A stretch of 32,000 bases of DNA from Candidatus Saccharimonadota bacterium (lineage in GTDB: Bacteria > Patescibacteriota > Saccharimonadia > Saccharimonadales > UBA4665): contig CP065016.1 of the NCBI GenBank assembly GCA_016700375.1, forward strand, positions 990,001-1,022,000, given 5' to 3'. This document shows positions 16,101-22,128 of the stretch, one piece after another; position 1 is the first letter of the stretch, and each line of letters opens with the position of its first letter. A program made the translations under genes and the position numbers. The notes below the pieces were generated by a model. That model was not told where the DNA came from. It saw nothing but the letters and a program-made list of their open reading frames with translations, and searched no databases.

Positions 16101-16126
16101 AAAAAAGCCGATTTTTCGGCTTTTTT
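16101..16126. terminator. Bidirectional intrinsic terminator
   Basis: AAAAAAGCCGAtttttCGGCTTTTTT. Confidence 0.75.
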
Positions 16127-16213
16127 ACGTATAAAACGGCATGTAAAAAGCTATTTGAGTGTGCTGTTTCACGTAAGATTTTTCGCATGATTGAAATTTT
16201 GTCATATTTCGAC

Positions 16214-16219
16214 TATAAT
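16214..16219 (+). promoter_or_regulatory. -10 element (TATAAT) for tRNA-His
   Basis: TATAAT lies 14 nt upstream of G-1. The leader cACCTCTGTT is shared with the tRNA-Pro(CGG) promoter. Confidence 0.55.
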
Positions 16220-16233
16220 CACCTCTGTTTTAT

Positions 16234-16311
16234 GGCGGATGTAGCTCAGTTGGTTAGAGCGCCAGTTTGTGGCACTGGAGGCCGTGGGTTCAAGCCCCAT
16301 CATTCGCCCCA
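16234..16311 (+). tRNA. tRNA-His (anticodon GUG) with genome-encoded G-1 and CCA
   Basis: G-1 precedes the GCGGATG/CATTCGC acceptor. There is a CCAGT-TTGTGGC-ACTGG anticodon arm, a GTGGG-TTCAAGC-CCCAT T-arm and C73 opposite G-1. Confidence 0.9.
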
Positions 16312-16493
16312 AGATAAAGCCCCTGCGAAAGCGGGGGTTTTATCTTGGCGGCGTGGTGGCTTGAACACACGCCCAAGGCCGTGGGTGAGACCCGCCAGTG
16401 GCGGGTCGCAAGACAATCTTCTCTTGAAAGCTACGCTTTCAAAGATGAAGTTGTGGGGTCGCCGAAGGTGACCAAGCCCCATCATTCGCCCCA
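16312..16493 (+). repeat. tRNA-His-linked unit 1 (182 bp): terminator hairpin + three-hairpin module + copy of the tRNA-His 3' end
   Basis: The terminator is AAGATAAAGCCCCTGCgaaaGCGGGGGTTTTATCTT. The module runs 16347-16472, with hp1 GACCCGCC-agt-GGCGGGTC, hp2 TTGAAAGC-tac-GCTTTCAA and hp3 GGTCGCC-gaa-GGTGACC. This is followed by an exact copy of CAAGCCCCATCATTCGCCCCA (16473-16493 matches 16291-16311). Confidence 0.85.
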
Positions 16494-16847
16494 AGATAAA
16501 GCCCCTGCGAAAGCGGGGGTTTTATCTTGGCGGCGTGGCGGCTTGAACACACGCCCAAGGCCGTGGGTGAGACCCGCCAGTGGCGGGTCGCAAGACAATC
16601 TTCTCTTGAAAGCTATGCTTTCACGCATTTCGCACTTTGAGCTCATGTGCATTTTCTCCTTGAAGCACGGAAGGAGCCGTACTAGGGTACGGCGAGTGAG
16701 TACTGGAAAGGAAAAATGTGCAGGAGTCAAAGAAGCAAGCGGTGCAACCAGCTTTGCTGGTTGGCAGGCTGGCTGGTGTGAAATACGTGGCTTTCAAAGA
16801 TGAAGTTGTGGGGTCGCCGAAGGTGACCAAGCCCCATTATTCGCTCC
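16494..16847 (+). repeat. tRNA-His-linked unit 2 (unit 1 sequence interrupted by a 166-bp MITE), ending in a degenerate tRNA-His 3' copy
   Basis: Near-identical to unit 1 apart from the insertion at 16624-16789. It ends in CAAGCCCCATtATTCGCtCC (16828-16847), followed by a third, degenerate terminator hairpin. Confidence 0.85.
16624..16789. mobile_element. MITE-like insertion (166 bp) with imperfect TIRs and a 7-bp target duplication
   Basis: The termini are CGCATTTCGCAC and, at the other end, the reverse complement of CGTATTTCACAC (10 of 12 match). It is flanked by the direct repeat GCTTTCA (16617-16623 and 16790-16796). Unit 1 provides the uninterrupted empty site. Confidence 0.75.
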
Positions 16848-16933
16848 TGTAAAGCCCCTGCGAAAGCGGGGACTTTATCTTGGGAAAAGATGGGCCGCGT
16901 AAGGTATCAACATATACTGCGGAGGTGTAGTTT

Positions 16934-17914
16934 TTAGTGTCCAACGGGCTTGTCATCGGTGAAAGTTTCGCGGTGTCTATATAGGTCGTAGGCTTTGTGG
17001 TCGGCGGGTAGCGGCGGCTGAGGGGTAATGCTACGTGGCCACAGGCGATGAAATCGCACACTTGCGAGCTCTGCTCCAAGCAAAAATACCTGTGCTTGCA
17101 GGTAGAGCCAAAACAATATAGCAAGTACCACTGCAAACTGGGCCGTTAGGCCAGTCTGCGATTTCAACTGGTTGGCAATAATATAGCTACCGAGCGTCTG
17201 CAGAACGAGGAACCCTACGGCGGCAAAAAGTGCACCGTACACATTTACCACAGGATGCCGTCGCGCCGATGACCCAAATGTATACACCCCCCAAAACACA
17301 CTAAAGAGCGCAATGAACCCGCCCGTGCCTAGCAACATGCGTGCCCATAGCTCATGCTCTGCTGCCGTGGTATACCCGATGAGTGTGGCTGCGGCAATGA
17401 ACCCTACTCCGGCAAAAGCGATTATCCCAAAGCTCTTGAACGTTGAGTTAGGGAAGCCGGCTCTGCGGTTTCGCGGTACGGACCATACGTGGTTGAGGGC
17501 GTGTTGCACTGCGTGTGCTACGCCTTTGGTGCCGTACAGTGCAATCAGTAAGCCCAGGAAAACGGCTAGGCCACTTTTGCTTGGAGTTTTGATACTGTCT
17601 GCAAGGGTATTGCCTATGGCCGGAAAATAGCTCGTAGCGTTACGCAAAAAAGTTTCACGAAGCGTTGGGTCATTTTGGGATAATATTTGCACAATGCCGG
17701 TGCCGACTATAAGGAGTGGGAATATAGATAAAAACCCATAGTAGGCAATAAGAGTGGCCTGGTAGCCAGCTTCATCATCACTATGTTTTTTGAGTACGGC
17801 GTAGGGAAACGAGAACAAAGATTTTTGCTGAAAGTGGTCAAGCCAGTCTATTTTTCGTTCTATGAAATTTCTTTTTTTCACCGCGGATGCCATGGTTACA
17901 GAGTACAACTTCAC
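16934..17914 (-). CDS. YihY/BrkB-family inner-membrane protein
   Basis: A six-helix membrane protein with family-typical blocks YYGFLSIFPLLIV and LFWLYLQAQVFLLGAE. The start may be the internal ATG at 17893 (MASAVKK). Confidence 0.75.
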   Translation of the reverse strand: MKLYSVTMASAVKKRNFIERKIDWLDHFQQKSLFSFPYAVLKKHSDDEAGYQATLIAYYGFLSIFPLLIVGTGIVQILSQNDPTLRETFLRNATSYFPAIGNTLADSIKTPSKSGLAVFLGLLIALYGTKGVAHAVQHALNHVWSVPRNRRAGFPNSTFKSFGIIAFAGVGFIAAATLIGYTTAAEHELWARMLLGTGGFIALFSVFWGVYTFGSSARRHPVVNVYGALFAAVGFLVLQTLGSYIIANQLKSQTGLTAQFAVVLAILFWLYLQAQVFLLGAELASVRFHRLWPRSITPQPPLPADHKAYDLYRHRETFTDDKPVGH

Positions 17915-17943
17915 TTGGGATTATCAAAATGAAGAATCAATTG

Positions 17944-18020
17944 TGGCGCCCCGGGCAGGACTCGAACCTGCGACCTTAGGCTTAGAAGTCCTCTGCTCTA
18001 TCCAGCTGAGCTACCAGGGC
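17944..18020 (-). tRNA. tRNA-Arg (anticodon UCU), CCA encoded
   Basis: The reverse complement folds as a GCCCTGG/CCGGGGC acceptor, GCTC/GAGC D-stem, CTTCTAA anticodon loop and GCAGG-TTCGAGT-CCTGC T-arm. The anticodon stem is atypical: only three Watson-Crick pairs, flanked by G:A and A:G. Confidence 0.75.
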
Positions 18021-18115
18021 ATACAAGCGCCACTTGAGAGTATAGCGAAATCATGTAGAAAGTTAAAACCCAGTTGGCTAGAATAGATGCCGCATACGTC
18101 TTTTACTCAAAGCTT

Positions 18116-18139
18116 CCCAACTAAGCTACCAGGGAGCGC
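18116..18139 (-). pseudogene. Fragment resembling the 5' acceptor/D-arm of the tRNA-Arg gene
   Basis: The minus strand reads GCGCTCCCTGGTAGCTTAGTTGGG, compared with the tRNA 5' end GCCCTGGTAGCTCAGCTGGATAG. It lies ~95 nt upstream in the same orientation, and no complete cloverleaf follows. Confidence 0.55.
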
Positions 18140-18198
18140 TGCACTTCTAATAGCCTTCACATTTCGAATATATGAATTAGATATACTATACTAATATT

Positions 18199-18861
18199 AT
18201 GGTAAACAAAAAATCAAAAGCTTTATCGCTGAGGCGGCAGGGTTATTCCTATGTACTAATACATGAAAAGACAGGCGTTCCGTTAAGCACAATGAGCTAT
18301 TGGTTTCGGAATATGCAGTTCACGCCAAATGCTCAGGTGCGGGAAAGGATGCAAAATGGCTCAAAAAGAGCTGGATTAGTTCGTCGCAGACAAAGGATTG
18401 CAGATACAGCCGCACAAATAGGAAGAGGCATCACAGATATAGGCACATTGACGGAAAGGGATCTTTGGATGCTGGGTCTCGGGTTGTATATTGGGGAAGG
18501 AGCTAAAACTACTGAACAAGTAAGAGTAGCAAATTCAGACCCCGAGGTCATACGTTTGATAATGGCCTGGTTGCGTGGGCTTGGTGTTCCAGACAAAAAT
18601 ATAAATTTGGCTATACACATTTATCCCGATACTAGCCCGGAGCTTAGTAAGGACTTCTGGCTGAAGACAACTGGCCTATCTGAGAGCAATTTTGGCTGGG
18701 TTAGTATAGATAAGCGGGAAAATAAAAGCCGAAAGGCTGCCGGGAAACTACCATATGGCACTGCCCACATTATTTTGCGCGCAAGAGGGGAGCAGAAATA
18801 CGGAGTGCAGTTTTTTCGACGTCTAAAAGGATGGATGCAAGGAGTCTATAATCAGGTATAA
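18199..18861 (+). CDS. Free-standing LAGLIDADG-like (single-motif) homing-endonuclease-like protein with N-terminal HTH
   Basis: The N-terminal HTH-like segment is RRQGYSYVLIHEKTGVPLSTMSYWF. The central block DLWMLGLGLYIGEGAK fits the LAGLIDADG dodecapeptide, with an acidic residue in the GEG position. TATACT lies 6 nt before the ATG. The assignment rests on the motif only. Confidence 0.5.
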   Translation: MVNKKSKALSLRRQGYSYVLIHEKTGVPLSTMSYWFRNMQFTPNAQVRERMQNGSKRAGLVRRRQRIADTAAQIGRGITDIGTLTERDLWMLGLGLYIGEGAKTTEQVRVANSDPEVIRLIMAWLRGLGVPDKNINLAIHIYPDTSPELSKDFWLKTTGLSESNFGWVSIDKRENKSRKAAGKLPYGTAHIILRARGEQKYGVQFFRRLKGWMQGVYNQV

Positions 18862-18871
18862 TGAGAAACAA

Positions 18872-18946
18872 GCGGGTGTCGTATAACGGCTATTATAGGG
18901 GCTTTCCAAGCCCGGGACGGGGGTTCGACTCCCCCCACCCGCACCA
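18872..18946 (+). tRNA. tRNA-Gly (anticodon UCC), CCA encoded
   Basis: GCGGGTG/CACCCGC acceptor, TTTCCAA anticodon loop on a GGGC/GCCC stem, GGGGG-TTCGACT-CCCCC T-arm. The D-stem is short (3 bp). The discriminator is A rather than the U recalled for B. subtilis tRNA-Gly. Confidence 0.8.
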
Positions 18947-19100
18947 TGCAAAAGGCCTTTCCGAAAGGAAAGGTTTTTTGCATGGTTCTGGGCTGGGTGA
19001 GGCGAACGCGAGCGCCAGTGGCGCTCAGCCGCCCTTGCCCTGCGACCATGGGAGCAGGGTTTCACCGAAGGTGAAAGGTCGACTCCCCCCACCCGCACCA
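18947..19100 (+). repeat. tRNA-Gly-linked unit 1 (154 bp): terminator hairpin + divergent three-hairpin module + exact copy of the tRNA-Gly 3' end
   Basis: The terminator hairpin is CCATGCAAAAGGCCTTTCCgaaaGGAAAGGTTTTTTGCATGG. It is followed by GGGTGAG, hp1 GAGCGCC-agt-GGCGCTC, hp2' CCCTGC-n10-GCAGGG, hp3 TTTCACC-gaa-GGTGAAA, and then GGTCGACTCCCCCCACCCGCACCA (the tRNA reads GGTTCGACTCCCCCCACCCGCACCA). Confidence 0.85.
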
Positions 19101-19248
19101 TGCAAAAGGCCTTTCCGAAAGGAAAGGTTTTTTGCATGGTTCTGGGCTGGGTGAGGCGAACGCGAGCGCCAGTGGCGCTCAGCCGCCCTTGCCCTGCGAC
19201 CATGGGAGCAGGGTTTCACCGAAGGTGAAAGGTCGACTCCCCCCACCA
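19101..19248 (+). repeat. tRNA-Gly-linked unit 2, identical by eye to unit 1 and truncated within the acceptor copy
   Basis: Identical by eye to unit 1 over its whole length. It ends ...GGTCGACTCCCCCCACC followed by unrelated sequence (aaatatatg). Confidence 0.85.
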
Positions 19249-19502
19249 AATATATGAGGGGCTCGCCACATTCTGCGGTCCCGCTTCTGCGTGTGGTTAG
19301 GCATAGCCTAACCGGCAGAGAGCCTTGCGGTTTGCCGCTGGCAAACTTCACCCTCAACGGCTCGTATTCGGAATAAATCCGAATACGGCCTACTCCCCCT
19401 GAAGCTCGGACGAACGCCTCGTAACCGGTCAATAAGGTCCTACCTTTGTTTAAAATGTTGTACCAGTAACATATTTTGTATAAATTATGATATAATATAC
19501 CT

Positions 19503-20099
19503 ATGACACCGCAGAAAAGGCGTTTTGGGTTTACCACGAAAGCAGCACTGTATATCCTGACCATGGGCATATTGCTTTGCGCATCTGTTTACCCGCTTGC
19601 GTTGCGTGAGTATGACAAACAGTTTAAGGCCTATGCTGCAGCCCTGCCTGACTATACAAAAATAACTCCACCGGTCCCGTTTGCCATTGGTCGACCAATC
19701 AAGATAGAAGTTCCTAGTGTTGGAATCAGCCTACCGGTGGTAGACGGCTCATACGATACTGTTTCGAGAACCTGGACACTTCATAACGACAAAGTTCAGT
19801 TTGACACAGCATCAAAGTTGGCAAATTCACGCGAGGGCAATACTTTTATATACGGTCATGCCACCTCGTGGGTCTTTGGCCCGCTACTAGGAATTCAGCC
19901 CGGTGCTGAAGCTATCATAACGACAGACAAAGGATTTGTTTTTGTATATAAACTGGTCAGTCACGAGGTGGTTGACCCAACAAATGTCGGCGTTCTGAAC
20001 TACAGCGGACCTCCGCGGCTCATGCTACAAACTTGCACTGGCCCAACGCTCAGCGAATTCCGCCAGCTTTTTTACTTTACCTACAGCGGACGCAAGTAA
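19503..20099 (+). CDS. Sortase-family transpeptidase
   Basis: There is an N-terminal TM anchor. The catalytic-type motifs are FIYGH (His), MLQTCTG (TLxTC-type Cys) and a downstream Arg (SEFRQ). TGATATAAT lies 6 nt before the ATG, so the gene is probably leaderless. Confidence 0.75.
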   Translation: MTPQKRRFGFTTKAALYILTMGILLCASVYPLALREYDKQFKAYAAALPDYTKITPPVPFAIGRPIKIEVPSVGISLPVVDGSYDTVSRTWTLHNDKVQFDTASKLANSREGNTFIYGHATSWVFGPLLGIQPGAEAIITTDKGFVFVYKLVSHEVVDPTNVGVLNYSGPPRLMLQTCTGPTLSEFRQLFYFTYSGRK

Positions 20100-20169
20100 T
20101 TCATTTGTACAGGCTCCGAGTGCGTTCGAGACGCCGAATTCGTTATTCTATGGCCCGTCCCGACATCTT

Positions 20170-21693
20170 CTACAAATCTTGAAATACTTCTATACGAGCG
20201 CCAAGGCTATTTAGGCGTTCGGCCAAGTCTTCGTAGCCGCGCTGAATGGTGTATATGTTGCGTAGTGTCGAAACGCCATCCGCAGCGAGCATACCTATGA
20301 GCAGGAGGCTGGCTGGACGAAGGGCGGGCGGGCAAAATACGTCTGCGCGGGTGAACTTGGTTGGGCCGGTTATGTAAACGCGATGCGGGTCAGCCAGCTC
20401 CACCGTTGCACCGATTTTTGTGACCTCTGTGTAGTAAATGGCGCGGTTTTCATACATCCAGTCATGAATGAGTGTGCGACCTTTGGTGACGGCGCACATA
20501 GGAACAAAGTAGGGCAAGTTGTCGGTGTTTATGCCGGGGTAGGGGAGTGAATGAATTTTATCTATGAGTGCGCGTAGTTCGCCGTTGTGTTTTTGGATGT
20601 GAAGATTAACCAGCTCGGTTTTGCCATTTGTAGCATGGTATCGCTCGGTTATATCGTATCTCAGGCCCATTTTTTTGAGCTTTAGGAGCTCAAGTGTTAC
20701 GAACGCTATCGGCACGCGTTCAATGGTGATTTCCGAGTTTGTGGTCACGGCTGCAGCTATGAAGAACATGGCTTCTATAGGGTCTTCGGCTGGTGCGTAA
20801 ACTACATTTTTCTTGATGTTTTTGACGCCACGAACGCGCAGAGTACTTGTCCCTACGCCGTCTATTTTGACACCAAGCTTCTGTAGGAAAAAGCACACAT
20901 CTTGCACCATGTAATTTGCGCTGGCAAACTCTATGGTGGTTTCCTCTTCGCGCCCAGCGGCAGCCATGAGGGCGTTTTCAGTAACGGTATCACCCATTTC
21001 GTACAGCGCAAACCTGCCAGCGGGCCTTGGCTTCACGGATACTTGGTAGTGGCCGCTGGTTGCTTTAACGTCGAGGCCAAATTCTTGCAGGGCAAAGAGG
21101 TGTGGCTCCACCGTGCGTTCGCCCAACTTGCAACCCCCCGCATAGGGGATTTTAAACTCTTTATGCTCATGCATGAGCGAGCCCATCATCATTATTACCG
21201 TGCGGGTTTTTCGGGCAGCCTCTTTGTTCATGTTGCCCAGATTTAGTTTGGCGGGCCGGCGTAGCTCCAGGTCGCTCCCGTTTGTCCACTTGGCCTGCAC
21301 TCCAATGCTTTCCAGCACTTCGAGTATCCGGAACACTTCCTCGATACGAGGGAAATTTACAAACTTAGTTGTACCATGGTTTAGCAGCGCAGCGCACAGG
21401 AGGCCAACTGCTGCATTTTTGCTGGTTTTGAGTTGAATGGAGCCATGGAGTTCGTGCCCACCTGCTATGCGTAGATTAACCGAACCACTACCCAAGGAAA
21501 TTATTTGTTTATTGAGTGCTTCGCTCAGTCGTCCGAGTGTTTCTAGGCTGAGGTTTTGCCGCCCCTTCTCTATTCTGTTGATGGCAGATTGGCTCGTACC
21601 AAGCCGCTTAGCGAGTTCAGTCTGAGTCATGCCACGTTCTTGGCGCACACGCGCCACAAAATCACCAATTCGTTCGTTTGTTTGCGTTGTCAT
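20170..21693 (-). CDS. murA: XRE-family HTH domain fused to UDP-N-acetylglucosamine 1-carboxyvinyltransferase (MurA)
   Basis: Residues ~8-68 (IGDFVARVRQERGMTQTELAKRLGTSQSAINRIEKGRQNLSLETLGRLSEAL) form a Cro/C1-type HTH. The remaining ~435 aa is collinear with MurA: SKNAAVGLLCAALL, the active-site loop YAGGCKLGERTVEPH compared with E. coli PGGCTIGARPVDLH, and the C-terminal RGYEDLAERLNSLGARI. Confidence 0.85.
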   Translation of the reverse strand: MTTQTNERIGDFVARVRQERGMTQTELAKRLGTSQSAINRIEKGRQNLSLETLGRLSEALNKQIISLGSGSVNLRIAGGHELHGSIQLKTSKNAAVGLLCAALLNHGTTKFVNFPRIEEVFRILEVLESIGVQAKWTNGSDLELRRPAKLNLGNMNKEAARKTRTVIMMMGSLMHEHKEFKIPYAGGCKLGERTVEPHLFALQEFGLDVKATSGHYQVSVKPRPAGRFALYEMGDTVTENALMAAAGREEETTIEFASANYMVQDVCFFLQKLGVKIDGVGTSTLRVRGVKNIKKNVVYAPAEDPIEAMFFIAAAVTTNSEITIERVPIAFVTLELLKLKKMGLRYDITERYHATNGKTELVNLHIQKHNGELRALIDKIHSLPYPGINTDNLPYFVPMCAVTKGRTLIHDWMYENRAIYYTEVTKIGATVELADPHRVYITGPTKFTRADVFCPPALRPASLLLIGMLAADGVSTLRNIYTIQRGYEDLAERLNSLGARIEVFQDL

Positions 21694-21766
21694 GGAGGCT
21701 TATTATATCACTAGTGGTATATTACACTCAATTCCGACAAGCAATCAAGCAATGGGCAAAGCGAAA

Positions 21767-21859
21767 GACTTGCCAGGGGCGAGTCGCAAGGCAACCTTCC
21801 GGGCAAGCTATGCTTGCCGCAGTGAAGTTGCGGGGTCGCAGGATGCGACAAGGTCCTCC
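21767..21859 (+). repeat. Orphan copy of the three-hairpin module (no adjacent tRNA)
   Basis: hp1 GACTTGCC-agg-GGCGAGTC, then GCAAG, hp2 GGCAAGC-tat-GCTTGCC, GTGAAGTTGCGGG, hp3 GTCGCA-gga-TGCGAC, and CAAGGTCCTCC. The terminal GACAAGGTCCTCC is repeated at 21948-21960. Confidence 0.75.
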
Positions 21860-22038
21860 ATTTTGTGTCAGCGAAGCGACGGAGCCGACAGGCGAGCTTT
21901 AGGGCAGGAGGAGAGCTTATGCGGATTCATTCCGAATAAGCGAGGAGGACAAGGTCCTCCTAAACAGTTCCGCAGACAAAATTACTATATGCTGCTCATT
22001 CGCTACGGGTTACACTATAGGTAGCAATAAGGGGTTAC

Positions 22039-22064
22039 GTCATTCCGACCGTAGTGGAGGAATC
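22039..22064 (+). repeat. GTCATTCC-type hairpin repeat (imperfect)
   Basis: gtcATTCCgaccgtagtggaGGAATc. Confidence 0.6.
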
Positions 22065-22128
22065 TTCTTGTTTCAGAAGGTATTTCGACTTCGCTCAAGA
22101 TGACAATTCCAAATAAGGAGGGTATGCA

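Noticed and set aside
16347-16493. The His-linked unit interpreted as a tmRNA-like or second tRNA-His gene.
   Set aside because: The 5' strand GGCGGCG pairs only partly with the acceptor copy. No anticodon arm or tag-ORF region is present. The same module occurs with Pro- and Gly-type ends.
16300-16830. ORFs of 64-152 aa on both strands across the tRNA-His repeat units.
   Set aside because: They read through tRNA 3'-end copies, terminator hairpins and a MITE. The duplicated peptides simply reflect the DNA repeat, and there are no SDs.
16312-19248. Possibility that the tandem units are small CRISPR arrays.
   Set aside because: Only two units occur per locus, and the whole 154/182-bp unit repeats, so there is no repeat-spacer alternation. 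The units contain tRNA 3' ends, and there are no cas genes.
18823-19570. ORFs of 65-181 aa overlapping tRNA-Gly and its tandem units.
   Set aside because: Same reasoning: the ORFs span a tRNA gene and perfect non-coding tandem repeats.
21629-22024. 131-aa and 74-aa ORFs in the murA-glyA spacer.
   Set aside because: They overlap the orphan three-hairpin module and other dispersed repeats. They have no start signals.
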